From contig NC_134025.1 in NCBI RefSeq assembly GCF_964204645.1, positions 992,001 to 1,056,000 on the forward strand: a stretch of DNA of 64,000 nucleotides, written 5' to 3'. A program made the translations under genes and the position numbers. Numbering within the stretch: position 1 is the stretch's first letter; the number at the start of each line of letters is the position of its first letter. Source of the DNA: Tubulanus polymorphus (taxonomy: Eukaryota; Animalia; Nemertea). The notes under the pieces were generated by a model that was not told the origin of the DNA, ran no database searches, and saw only the letters and a list, made by a program, of their open reading frames with translations. This document shows positions 37,829 to 51,537 of the stretch, in pieces.

Positions 37829-40402
37829 TCAGGATGGTTCAGTTTGCTGAACATCAACCTCACCCTTTAGTCGTAGATCGTGAGCTATATTTGCTTCAGC
37901 CACTGTTTCTATAACAGTTTCAATAATTTCCGATGAATTATTATCAAAATCCTCAACATCATCTAAATTGTTACTATTTGATAATTCGAGTTCATTGTCG
38001 AACTCTACTTCAGTTGTGATTTCCGTGTCTTCGATATTTTCTCCGCCTAAATGTTTTTCTTGTCGAAGTAAATAATCGCGATTTACAGCGTTATTTTTAT
38101 CGTCGGTTTCACTTGGTAAAACTACAACATCAACATCAGTATTACCATTGTCGTCATTGGAAACCGGCAACGTTTGATTATCTTCAACGTTATCATTGTT
38201 AGTATCTATTTGAGGATTGTTCACAGTATTATCGGTGCAGTTGTCAGTAGCTATATCCATGACGTCACCGTCTGTTACCGGCGCTGTATCCAGTTCTGTA
38301 GCATCCTGATCCACCGTATCTCGTAAATCCACTGCCTCCGTATCACCTCCGTCAATATACCGTCTGTATGACTCTACAATCTCCGCCATCTTACTTTCAG
38401 TGCGTGTCGTATCTTCACCCGTCTGATCCCCATTAGCTAGACGAGGCAATCGTTCAGTATTTTCAACACGAGGACATCTATCGCTGTTAATCACATCCTG
38501 TTTATCCCGGTTTCGTTCTGCAAACGGTTCTAATTTATTAAATCGTTTCAGCGCGGATTTCGGAGTTTGCATTTTCGATCTGCTACGCGCAGGCGTGACG
38601 CTACCGTTCTCTAATTCTTTAGCGAATCGGACGGATTTTTTGGACGGCGATTCGGTCCTGGTATCGGATTCGAACCCGGGTGTTACTGATTGTATGTTAC
38701 GCGATCGTACGCGACCTGTGTGATTACGACTAGCCGGTAAACTCATATCAGTCGTAGCCGTCGATATTCGTCCGCTGTTGTCCCGTAAAGTCATCGTACT
38801 AGGACGAGAGAGTTCACCTATCGTTTCTGTATCATCTTCACTTTCTATCAGTTCATCGCACGAAGAACTATAATCAATAGCGCTATTATAACCACTAGTG
38901 TACCCGCTATTAGACTTTCTCGCCGTTTTCTCCGTATGCTTGTCGCAGTACGGAGTTCGTTTTACGACATCTCGTTCTAGCGCCAAAGTTACCACCGCAG
39001 TTTTAGTTTTAGCAATTTCGTCGTTATTATTGCTTTGCCGCGAAATATATCCATCAGATGGAGCTTTGTAGACGTAGCGCCCGATTTGACTTTTGGCACG
39101 TTCCCTGCCCTCGACGCCGTCCCCGCTGATTCCAGTCTGTCCACACGGCTGTTGTATATCGATCACTAATTGCTGAGGCTCGATCGCTTTTTTCATCGTA
39201 GATCTCGGTAGAATTACTTGTTGTTTCTCATCTATGATTTGACTGGTCGTAACGATAACATCTTGATCGTCGATACAATATTCAGTTTCGTCGTCGTCCG
39301 GCGCAATATCGAGACGAGCTCTGAATGAATTAAAACTACTCTTCCCGCCAACTGTCTCATCTGAACCAACACGTTTCGTATCCGTCGCGGTTCTGGTTGT
39401 CGTTTTCTTGGGACGAATACGTTTCGACGGTTTATAGAAATCTTTAGGAATCCATAATCTAGCATCCGCTTTCTGTTGTTTCATCTTATTCGAATAATCC
39501 TCTAAATGAAGTTTCAATATCGATTTCTGTTGTAGTTTATATTTCTCGAAACTGAACTGATTTTCCGCGTTGTCCTGATTATGTTTAGCGAGTCTGAGTT
39601 CCATGTATTTCTGAAATGATATTTCTCCGCAATGATTCTCACTCGGTCCGGTATTAACTGCCACTTGTTTGGGTAAAACAACAACATCGTTCGCTAATTT
39701 AGGAAACAATGAACCGTCGCTATCTCCTCCTCCACCTCCTCCTCCAACTCCTCCTCCGTTTATCTGATTGTTCCTATCACTCATCCTCGGTAACATCATT
39801 TCCACATTCTCCTCATTTCTTGCTCTTATCGATTGTTTTTTGTTCTGTTTTTTACGTTTAGTTTTCGTTCTATGTCGATCGACGTAAGCGCAATTCGAAT
39901 CGGCGAGATTTGGTAAACTTTTATTTAACATTCGCTCGTGTTTGAAAGCGGATGACTCCATGAGATTTTCACTACGAAATACATCATTAAGATTATTATT
40001 GGTATTACGAGTTGGTTTCTCTTTGGTAGAAGTGTACCATAGTCTCGGGTTTGTGTAGTCTATCTCGTAACTAGCTTGATTACGTTTCGCTAAACCGCGA
40101 GGAGAGAGTTCTTCGTTGTCTTTCATTTCGGGCATCATACCACCGACGATTTCAAAACATAAATTCTCAAAATCGACAGTAACAGTGGTCGGCGAAATGG
40201 TTTCACGTGAAAGAACAGGATTATTAGATTTTGACAGTTTATCATCGGCACTTGTGTTTATTGACTGTGTGCTAGACGTTTCTAATTGTTGTCCGTGGTC
40301 TTTTCTCGAGTTGCAATGTGTTGTTGAAGGCGGGAAGACGCATTTCTTGATATCACATGGTACGACCCATAACATCAGATGTTGTTCTTTAACGGGCGAC
40401 AT
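37829..40402 (-). CDS. 857-aa uncharacterised low-complexity protein; single coding exon
   Basis: 2.6-kb ORF with ATG shortly after a tttcag acceptor near 40421; basic middle and acidic C-terminus. No domain recognised. Confidence 0.75.
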   Translation of the reverse strand: MSPVKEQHLMLWVVPCDIKKCVFPPSTTHCNSRKDHGQQLETSSTQSINTSADDKLSKSNNPVLSRETISPTTVTVDFENLCFEIVGGMMPEMKDNEELSPRGLAKRNQASYEIDYTNPRLWYTSTKEKPTRNTNNNLNDVFRSENLMESSAFKHERMLNKSLPNLADSNCAYVDRHRTKTKRKKQNKKQSIRARNEENVEMMLPRMSDRNNQINGGGVGGGGGGGDSDGSLFPKLANDVVVLPKQVAVNTGPSENHCGEISFQKYMELRLAKHNQDNAENQFSFEKYKLQQKSILKLHLEDYSNKMKQQKADARLWIPKDFYKPSKRIRPKKTTTRTATDTKRVGSDETVGGKSSFNSFRARLDIAPDDDETEYCIDDQDVIVTTSQIIDEKQQVILPRSTMKKAIEPQQLVIDIQQPCGQTGISGDGVEGRERAKSQIGRYVYKAPSDGYISRQSNNNDEIAKTKTAVVTLALERDVVKRTPYCDKHTEKTARKSNSGYTSGYNSAIDYSSSCDELIESEDDTETIGELSRPSTMTLRDNSGRISTATTDMSLPASRNHTGRVRSRNIQSVTPGFESDTRTESPSKKSVRFAKELENGSVTPARSRSKMQTPKSALKRFNKLEPFAERNRDKQDVINSDRCPRVENTERLPRLANGDQTGEDTTRTESKMAEIVESYRRYIDGGDTEAVDLRDTVDQDATELDTAPVTDGDVMDIATDNCTDNTVNNPQIDTNNDNVEDNQTLPVSNDDNGNTDVDVVVLPSETDDKNNAVNRDYLLRQEKHLGGENIEDTEITTEVEFDNELELSNSNNLDDVEDFDNNSSEIIETVIETVAEANIAHDLRLKGEVDVQQTEPS

Positions 40403-43400
40403 CTTCCGGGGTCCAAAAGAACTGAAATTATACGTAAAATGTGAATAGGTAAATCTGATATATGCCTTGGATCCAGTTCAACCGCTAGCGTTAACTCAGG
40501 TCCATTTTCGATGAGTTAACTCCGAATTAAATCCTAGCTCAGAAACTGGGGAAATGGATCCTGAATTTTATCTATCCCAGCGGAACTGGCTCCTTCGAGG
40601 CCCAAAGAACATATCTCGCATTGACCTGAGTTTCCATTATGGCAATAGAGGTTTTCTTTGAATAAATGATATTGCAATTGAAAAAAGGAATCACGGATTC
40701 TTTATTTAGGTTTTCTAGACAACACTGTTCTTTATAGTCTCAGGGACAGTAAGAGAATTTCTCGTTGAAAGGCCCTTTATTCCTTTAGACCATGCGCTGA
40801 CACAAATGTACAATTTTTGTTACAATAATTTTTTACAGTATTGTATGGATTTGAAACGTTAAGAGAAATTGTATACATCGTGTATTCTCGAGTCAAAATA
40901 GTACTGGAAAATCTATAGCAAAGTAAACAAGTTATTACTAGGGAGGCGCTGGGTTTCTATTATAGACAAATAATATTGTCTATTTACTGAATGCTGATCA
41001 ATTAGATATAACCAATTTAGGCTTAGTTCTAACACGGTCGCTTTCTCTCTGTTTATGAGGATTTATGTTTCCTATGCTGCGTGAAATCTCCCCGTATATA
41101 TTTTTAATTCTTTATTTCGTAGTAGATTCGTTCGTAATAAACCGACATTAATCGACTAATGATAGAGTCATGAATGCTCTATTATTTCATTATTCTATGA
41201 CGGAGTGAAGCATTAAAATGATGGCGTGGTGTTGCGTGCACCCACAGTCTGTAGTACGTCTGTCTCTACAGGAGATCCGTCAGCTACCATAGCAATATCT
41301 ACACAGTCATATACGCACCATACACCTATATATCAACCTAACTGCGCCTAAAGATGCCTCGTCATTTGGTCACTTGATGAATAATTAATAGATTCATATA
41401 GCCCTATATTTTCTAATTCATTACCAGCATATGCTACGTGGACTATAAAACTGCATCCTACTATTGTGTTGTAAATATTTCATAGTGCTATGATATTTCA
41501 GAAATGTACAACACATTCCTACAATTTATTATCGCAGAAACAAATGAATGAAATTCTGTTTAACGATATGAAAATATAGTAAACTTTGTAAACAGTACTT
41601 CAAAATATATAGAAATATCGTATACTTTAGTACATCATAATAATACTCAATTCATCAAAAAAATAGATCTGTATTGAAGAAGGCATCCCAAAAAAATTAA
41701 GAAAATTCGACCGATCATCCGGCTATTGATTCTGTACTTCAACTTCTAAACTTAGAATTGAGCCCCCAAACCCGTTCCTGGCAGCAGGTATGACTGGTCC
41801 ACAACAATGATCAATCAATCAAATAGATAAGAGGGACTTTATAAGATATACGTTTTCCCAGAAGGGTATGACAAGAAATGGAATGATGACATCGTAATCT
41901 TTTTCTTTCGATTTGAAAAAAAAATATCAACCACTGAAATAAGAATAGACATCGAGCACTATTTATGATTACTAAAATGAATTAAGGTTAACGAAGGTCT
42001 TACTCGACAAATTTATAATAAGTTTATCTATGTCACATGCCTCAAAAGGTTTTATTCAAATTTCGATAATCAACTAATGAAATCAAACAAAAAAGTTTAC
42101 CTTAAATCCGTATGATACATAAATCAACGGTTTAATAGTTTCCTTTCGATTTATAAATCTCGGTTGAAAGCTCTCTGGCACGAAGCGTATGAATCGATGA
42201 TACACGCATCCTATGGTGTAAGAGTCTTGTCATTGCGGTATAGCATAGGTATCCATTGGCAATTGATAGACTCCCAAGTGAGTGAGAGGGAGAGAGGGGG
42301 AGAGGGAGAGAGGGAGAGAGGGGGAAAGAGCTACAATTATATCGATGTTATGCTATAGAATGTCATTCATACGTCTAGTAACAATAGTCTGTCTGGAAAT
42401 CGCTCTCCTGGGAACTAGTTCTATATCTCACCTACATCATTATATCATACGTTGTCCGATGTATTTGAAAAGTAAAAGCACCACTTCAAAAACAAACTCC
42501 ACACTCGTAAAACCAGATTGAAAATTCTCTTTTAAGATCAATAAGTTACTACCCTACACTGAAGTTTGACATACGAAAATAAAGCCGATGATATAAAATG
42601 GTTTTTATGGATCAATTTTTAAAGTCAGATTTACTGCTGTCCTGTTTTAATTTCTAAGTAGACATTTACACCGTTCAAATCAATGTTTATGTGTCATGAA
42701 GAAACAAATTTCAGAGCGGAATTATGAAAGGCTTTCCGAGCGTTTAAAGTCAATGAGGACGAAATCCATGTATGAATAACTCGTTAGTTAATAATCGGAA
42801 TCTTTGACTGTTTTGTGCTGTTTGTCCAGCAATGATAGAACATTTATCACAGTATGGGGGTCGAAACCTGCAGCACTTGATTTAAGGTGTTACTACTATA
42901 AATCAACATTGTAAATGATAGCGCTTATCATATCACATATATGTCAACTATAGCTAAAGTTTGTATCGTTTAGAATGAATACTGTTAACGTTTATGAGAC
43001 TTTGTTGATTCCTGTTTACTTTCATGACAAAATCTTTGACCAAAGCGAAGACCTTAGAAATATGATTTATACAGTCTTTAGAAGAATGTGTAATTTCATA
43101 TCAGATTAAGACTCACTATTTACAAATACAAAAGATTTATTTTGATTTTGATTTTGATTGATTCAAATTTTGCTTTTATCTTTCAGATTTGAATATAGTT
43201 GTTTTAATCTTATATATTTCTCCATATCCTAGTGTACCGGTTTATTCTACTAATGTAAACAAGAAAATTTCATATAAAGCTCGAGTAAAAGAGACGGGCT
43301 TCTAAAATAAATATTCATATTTGATAATAGATATTACGCAATATCTTGAAGTGCCTATTTCCAATTCGAGAAATAGCCTTTACTAGAATCACTGGGATGG

Positions 43401-46400
43401 AGTTTCTGTAGTAATAGAGACACCAAATCTAGAAATTTCTAATTTTCTTTTCGATATTTTTGACTTACCCCCGATGCGCGCAGTACGGTCGCCATTATAA
43501 TCGAAATGTCCCCGTAGGTCCTGCCAGACGCACGTCCCAGTACATGAAAACAGATTGAAATCTGTCTTACAGACGGTCGGCCGTCTTATAACGGCGCTAT
43601 TAATAATAACTAACACAATAAACTCACTACATGAATAGCATTAGAATATAGAGCCGCCGTATACAGGTGGTTCCTATAAAACCTCTTTTGGAACCAGTAA
43701 GACTTTGTAGCCGACATACGAAACCATTTAATCTTCATCTATACGTGGCGTTCAGACTGGTTTTCTATCCAATTAATTAAAGCTTTTATTAAGTTCGTAG
43801 TGAGATGAATAGAATCTAGGTAAATACAAACCACGACTCGACTGCGATACTGTATTAGTGTTTCATACATTACACACAAAGACCACTTCATTAAGAGACG
43901 TTACTCTTTGTTGCATAAGACGCACACAAAAGATAAACGCATTTAATTTCGTGTTCGGGGAAAATGTTGAATAATAGATCGTATGAAGTCATGTGTTGCT
44001 GGTGAATAGTAGAATGATTTAGGTCACAAGAACTTATTCGATATAGACTATATTTCTACTGACATCGCTAAAATGTCCCCTTATCCTGTCGTCCTTCCTA
44101 CCATGTTTTTATGATTTTCTTCATAATCATCATTAGATCTCTTTCTAGATTGTAACTGTTTTATGCAGTTTCCAGGACCCAGTTCGACAGTTCCGAGTTA
44201 TCATTTGACACCCGAGTTAGAACTTTGAAAATGAACTAATTTTAACTAACTCTTACTCACGACTGTGGAACTTTGTATCGTGAATTAAAACATTAGATAT
44301 TAAACTGATTTTACTGAAATTAAGAGTTAACTCTAACTCACGACTGTGTAACCGGTTCCTGTAGCATCCATTGTTTGGTTTTGACTTGATATTTCTTCAC
44401 AAATGAATATAATACGATTAATAGATGAACTAGCCTGCAATTGATATAACTATCTGTACGAACAAATTACTGAAAGAATAAATGAATAAAATCCGTTTAT
44501 TGCTCCGCTTAGAAGACTTTGAGTTTACAACCGTGGAACTAATAAAGTAAGAAACTTATTCAGAATGTTCAAACGCCTAATACTTTAAAGAGCAATTATC
44601 AAGTTGTAAAATCATTTTTCGAATACACAAATTTAAGCTCTGTATAAAAATCCTTTACAAAACCAGAATATGTAAAACTAGCGGTAATTATAACGTTATA
44701 AAATCCCTGCGCGGTAACAATGAAAAGATTCCGAAATGTTTCCTTGATCTAGTAATTTATTCAACGTTTCTACTTTTCGACGTTTCGATCCTGAAGAAGA
44801 CTAACTCAAAAAGGAAAATCTTTGCATTTTATTGTTCATAATCAGAGCGGGATCTTATATTATATACAACGATATTTACCTGTATAAAGATTGTTTAACC
44901 CGCGGCTCGCGTTCTCTCTGAGTCTGTGTTCAGTTATCATAGATATTCGTTCTCTTGAGTAATGAATGTCTCACTGACTCGAGTTCGTTCGTTCGCGTGT
45001 CAGATCCTACATTTTTACAATTAATTCCGCTACATTTTTATTACGTTCAACCACATCGATTTCTATTTCAATCTGTCATTAATAGTTTGGACGCGTGGGT
45101 CTCATGTGGCCCTGGGTTGAACCCCTCGAGCAAACAGATTTACACCACCAGCGCCAGACCCCCTGCAGGAAAATTCGGATGCGATTTGTACTATTGAACC
45201 CTAAACTAATGACGCATGATTCAGTAACATTAATTATAGCTTTCATTGCGCGGCGTAGAGCGCTTTATTATCACAGTATTGAATACAAAATGATTTACAA
45301 TCATGAGTCTATTGTGTTATATTCATGGATAATGCATTAAATACGACTGTGACAAAAATTCCCGCTTTGATGAATATAATCCCCGCCATCTATTTTTCGA
45401 CAAATCCCTTTCAAACTTGTCGATTTTGACTGCAACAGGTTGTACTAGGAATCATCGCGTCACCGGCTTATAGGGACGTAGAACATACGACATAAGCAAA
45501 TATGGGGGTCTAATCTTAACCTTAACAGCTTGTATGGAAACTCAACACACGTAACATCAAAACGTGCAGTAGTTACTGATTGCAATGTACACACATCCTG
45601 TAAATGCATAGCTTACCCGATGATTTCTCTATATTAAAATCATATCTACCTCTCTCTCTCTCTGCCTCCCCATATCTCTTACCCTCCTCTCTCTCTTCTA
45701 TACTGCTATACTTGACTGATGTAGTTTGTTCTATGCGCAGGGAATTAGATTAACCCCAGCTAGAATTTAGGACCCTCGAGTATCATAAAGGTAAGATCAA
45801 AAAGAAATAAACAATTAATGTAAATAAGGGAAAAAAATGTGGGAAAATTCTACCAGCTTGAAATATTCTTATTTGCTGTATATAGAAGATATCAGAGTGA
45901 CAATGGATTTTTATTGTATATGAGATATTGAACTATTTGATATCAACGTTTACCTCAGATAATTTCACCCTCAAATCACTATTATAAGAATATTAAGAGC
46001 ATTATTTAATCCGTATATATGTATATCTTGAGATACAAACAACTCGATTATATTATTTATGATGATGTAAAAAGGGGTTAAAATTGCCCCTAAATACAAT
46101 TAGATATAATCAGTTAAAACATCGAACTACACGGCATCAACATGTATTACATACTATAGCGAGGATAGAGGGGGAGAGAGAGAGAGGGAGAGAGAGAGGG
46201 AGAGAGAGAGGAAAGGGGATAAAAATACCGCGACTAACGTTCAGATTGTGGTGGTGGAGAGAGTGGTAGAGATGTTGTAGTGAGAGATGGTGTGGTGTGG
46301 TGTGATACGAGTAAACTATTATAACTATAGTGTTGTTGTATATAGAATTCACAGTCTATAAAACTACTGAAACTGTCGACAAAACGAACATCAATCGCGC

Positions 46401-46983
46401 AGTTTACATCACTGGATATCAATAATTAATAAACAGGCGCAGCGGTGATATTGTTTATAATTGATGTTATATATTGTAAGTATGTTGACGTTGCTCATAA
46501 TGATATTTGATGTATGTATGATATGGTTTATGATAATTAACAGCGCAACCCAAATCTTGTAATAATCTTTGTTTTTTATTTATTCACGTAAATGTCAATG
46601 ATATCAATTTGATCCTCTCAAGTCCGCGAACCAAGATGAGCTTAGACTGGTCTTAAGTTGTTATTAGATTGATTGGTTTCAGAACCAGCATGAGCTGAGA
46701 CTTAGTCTAGATTGGTTATAAAACCGAAATGAGTTTAAGATCCTCTTGCATCTTATTTAACACTGAATGTGTCTACACTAGCTCTATATATGTGTGGTGT
46801 GTATGAGAAAAGAATTCAACTTCCTTAGTCATTGATATAAACTTATACATTCATATCTGCGCAGACACTTCCTCATAACAGGTTCTGATGGAACCTTAAC
46901 GGGGTTTTCTTAAGAAAACTGTATTTGTATTCATAGGTTCACGTGTTAATCGATGAAATGATGGTTTTGTGACGACGTCGACG

Positions 46984-49900
46984 ATGAATTCAACCTCTCA
47001 TTCCAATCAAACCGGTTCCGACTCGTCCTCGGCTAGTCGACCTATTCTACGACGTAAACGATCCTCATTTTCTGATGTCTTGAAAATCGTTGTTGTGGGG
47101 ACAACAGGAGTCGGAAAAAGTGGTCAGTATTTGATATCACTGGTATTTTCTAAACACTGTGAACCTTGTTTCCAAACAAAAAGTAACACGTGACTGTAAT
47201 TCAATTTAGTCCATGCTTTGGCCAACTTTTTGGGCAACTTCAGTCCCAGTCCTATAGATAAACAGTTGTTAATGTTAACTACGTTGAGCCAGTTAGAATT
47301 TGAGATAAAACATCGAAGACTCTTTATTGTCAAACTTAACCGCAAAATGTGGAAATGGGAAGATGTAGTTTCGATTGTTTCGATGTCAGTCGTCCACTGA
47401 CCTAAATTTGTTCGAGCAACTGCTGGACCTAGTCCCATAAATGAGTGAGTTCTGGGTTCGTCAGTAACTAATCAGAATCTAATCTCCTTTTCCCAATATA
47501 GAACGACTTAAGATACAAAACAAACAGTGAAAACCCGTAACGAACTAACAAGATTGTTAAACTGAAACTTCAGATTAATGGTTGTAGTGTAGATGGGTTA
47601 CTCATGTACGGTAACAATATTGAACCTATTAGAAAAGCAACAACTGTTTCTACTAAGAGAAATCTGTTTGTTTTCGCTGAAGTTTCTCTATGTAAAATGT
47701 ATATATAATTATCCCTTTTCAAACAACATGCCGCGATTTTTAGTTTTCAAGCGTTGATGTTTTCAATGATTGGCAAGTCGCTTTTGTTCACCGCATACTC
47801 GAAGCGGTCACCAGTTCACAAGAGAAAATACAACAAAATTATACTGAAATATTTACTGTACTTATTTGTGAGCAAAATGCCGGGTTTTTGTACTGTACGA
47901 ATGACGTAAGCTGATGTGAAAAAATGAATAATCAATCATTGAAAAGAATTAACCTAACCAGTGAGTTGAGCGTATGAGGCGACCTAGGAACACGGTGTAT
48001 TAAGGTGGCATGGTTCGATCTGGGAACCTGCACCCTCTGAGGCGATCGTCCTTCTCACTCGCGCGGCCACGCTGACCGGGACGATCAGCGACGTGCTCGA
48101 TTGGAACTCATGAATACCGGTAGTGACGTCATGTCAGTTCAATCTAGCAAATTGTTGACCTGTTTTAAATCTTTTACAAAATTAGATTGTAAAAATATAG
48201 ATATTCATTCAATGTCCACAACATTTCGGTTGAATCGCCTCATTGTTTCCTGCTATTTTTTTCGGAAGATTTCTGACGCTGCTCTAGACGTAATGATTAC
48301 TGAAAGAGATGTGTTAATTCTGTGTATGAATATAAATAGAGAAAGTAAGCAAGGAATTTGAAACATTTCAGTAACAGAAATATATAACAATTATAGAACT
48401 GTAAATAGAGATTGAACATTTTAAAAGGTTGAAAGGGTGTGTACGGCGTGAGTACTTAATCTATTCAAACCGCCAGCTGAATGAATCGATCTGATGAAAG
48501 ATTTACTGAACCGGAACAACTTAAAGCGTAATTATAGCTATTATAACAGAATACTGATGAAACCTTACTTAACGTTGAGAAATGGGGAACCTCCAACGCT
48601 ACTGTGGCAATCGAGGATTCCACTTATAGCCAGCAAGGATCCGCAGTGTTTGGCGAGGAGTTATCGATCTTCTAAGTTCAAATTTTTGCATTTTTCTCTC
48701 GCATATAAATGGATTATTGTTGAAAACTGCACCAGACACTGAGTAGAAACATGAAATTGAATCGATGTACATTTAGTGGGTCTTGTGATAATGTATGGAT
48801 TCGGGGGCCTAAAACTTAAAGTTTAAAGTTGATTGATGATGAAATTAGTTTCACAACGTAAGGAAGTGCTCGACATCTGGCAGGATATTTGCGGTTCCCC
48901 GTTCAACTTGTCTTCGATATTCAAAACCTAAAATATCTTTTTTCGATTCAACAGTTCTACCCTCGAGTCGGGTTGGTTCACCTGACGTGTTTACCACACA
49001 CACACAGTGTATTATAGGTTAATGTAGATGATAAGATATCAGTTTTATCTGTGATTAATCAATACATGATTAAACCAGTACTAACCGTGCACGGCCTGTA
49101 CAATCTGGTAAACATTTCACCTCCATATATCACTAATAGTAAAACCTTCACAAATATTTCTACCTTCGTTCGCTTACTATATCACCTGATATCAGATACG
49201 AAGTAGTAGCTCATCCACAGGAAAATATTTTCAACGATTTATTTCTGTTATTAAAACGTTTTTAAAGAGGAAAAACAAGGTCTCCATTGAACAAACTGAT
49301 AAATGCCAGCCGGGTCCACTATATCTACCTATTGTCATACGAGATTTGGGATCCAGACAACCAATCCAGATAACGTGTAGCATCTGGAGAGAGATTACGA
49401 GACAATGGCGACATGCCATGAGACTGATTGTCCTTCCAGGATGTTCTCTACCAGCAGGACACGAACCCTTGTATCTTGTGTGTCGTGTGAAACGTGTGAA
49501 ATTGGAAAAAAATTGATTCTATTATTTGTTCAGTGATTTCTTAAATTGTGTTTTTTACAGCTCTGACGGTAAGGTTTCTGACGAAGCGATTTATCGGGGA
49601 ATATGATCCGACGATCGGTAAGAGACCCCTCCTCCCTACTCCCCCTCCCTCCATTGTGTCCAATGCCAAATCGTTTTGGAACGGTGTAGTTGGTAATTGA
49701 ATTTTTAATTTCTGTTTTTGTAGAAAATAAATATCGTCATAACACGGTGATAGATAATGAAAATGTGCTGTTAGAGTTGATTGACACAGTATCAGAGGTA
49801 AGTTGCATGTGGCCCAGCTGACCCAAGACGAGAAGTTATCAGTATTTTGCTGAGTGATGTTTATGATTCATTGGAAATCGTTGAATCCTTCATCGTTGAA

Positions 49901-51039
49901 GCCCTCCAGTCAAATTTGACTCAAGAGTTAAATGATAAGGAATGAACTTATTCTAACTCTAGAGCCAAATTCTAACTTTGTGAAACTGGATCCTGGACTG
50001 TGGGTCCCCGTGTTTAACTAATCAAAAATGCGAATCAATTCTTTGTCGTTGGCGATGCCAAATAAGGTCTATAGTTTAATACGAAATATAATGCAATGCT
50101 GATTAATGTTAATTAATTCATGAAATGTTAATTCTGCACAGAGTCCAGACGATGGAACGTTGAAAGAAGATCACATTAGATGGGGCGATTCATTCGTCAT
50201 TGTTTATTCTATAACGAATCGACGATCGTTCGAACTCGTCGCCGACTACAGACGAAAAATCTGTGAAATCAAGAAAACAACGAATCCTTTACCGACGTTG
50301 ATTATCGGTAATATGTCTGATATGGGACACGCTCGACAAGTTGATAAATCAGAAGGTACGAATCCCTGTTCATACGATAACACACGTGACCTTATAACGC
50401 GTCATATTGGTCACACGTTAACGGCCAATATGGAGGTCATGCAGCCATGTGGTCATATCGGTGGTCAAACACAATTACTGATTTACAAAAGAACTTCTAA
50501 GTTTGTAAATCCTCAATTGCTCAGTCGAATCTAAGATCTAAGTCTATAGCCAATCTAACAACTCAAGACGAGTCTTAGAATTGAAGAAACAAGTCTTTTT
50601 GGATTTAAGTCGCAACTGTTTATCTTAAGTCATCGAGTCTCCGGCACCGATTGATGGCCGAACTATTGTGGCTTATTCTGCTCGACCCCGACGCAGTTAC
50701 TTCGAGCATGAATTGAATATATTGAAAATAAGCTCCGGTTGTGTTCTACTCATATGAAATAACACTATTTACTTCCTAGAAGGATGACAACATAATTATC
50801 AGAAATTACCAGATAATAACAGCAATATTAACTGTAAAATGCCACGTAATGTTACGTTATATATTTTAGGTGAGAAATTGGCTTCAGATTTCGGATGTTT
50901 ATTCGCTGAAACGTCAGCCTCTGATAGTCTAGAATCAGTAAACACAGCTTTCTGTGATCTGTGCAGAGACGCTATCGCCACCAAGCGGCGTTCGAGGACA
51001 TTTCTAGACAGAGTATTTGGTTTATCCTACAAGAAATGA
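46984..51039 (+). CDS. Ras-family small GTPase, RERG/RASL12-like (217 aa); join(46984..47122, 49561..49617, 49724..49797, 50142..50355, 50870..51039)
   Basis: G1 GTTGVGKS, ALTVRFLTKRFIGEYDPT, HIRWGDSFVIVYSIT and G5 ETSA. All introns GT-AG with compatible phases. No CAAX. Confidence 0.88.
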
Positions 51040-51537
51040 CTGCATCAAACGTTACAGAATTGAGTCAAAGAAAATGAGGTTTACTGAGGAGGTTTAGTGT
51101 CCGGTCAGTTTGGAAAAGGTCGCCTTTCTCAGTTTAGAATACGGGTTGTAAGACTGAACGATTTATAATAGGCCCCTGAGTGATGCGAGGACAGCGAGAA
51201 CTGTATTTAATGATAGATTATTTTTATATTAGAAAATTTAGAATTTAGATGATTTGCATTTAAGAGTATATATAATATATGAATCCTTCACCCCTCCACT
51301 CCCCAACCCTCAACCCCTCACCTCCTCCACACTCCTTATCTATTCTCTAATTCTCAAATCAATGCGTGGAAATAGAATAGTGAAAATAATATGTGTTTGT
51401 TATCGCCAATAACGAGCTTGAATTAGAAATAATAAAAAGACGATAAAGTAAGAAGTTGTTTTTTTCTTCTGTTCTCTCTCCCTCTCTCTCCCTCTCTCTC
51501 CCTCTCCCACTCTCTCTCTATCTCTGTATCTGAGATC

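Noticed and set aside
47960-48095. Intronic B-box-like GGTTCGATC plus GATCGTCC/GGACGATC hairpin
   Set aside because: No cloverleaf or recognisable RNA family; most likely a decayed SINE.
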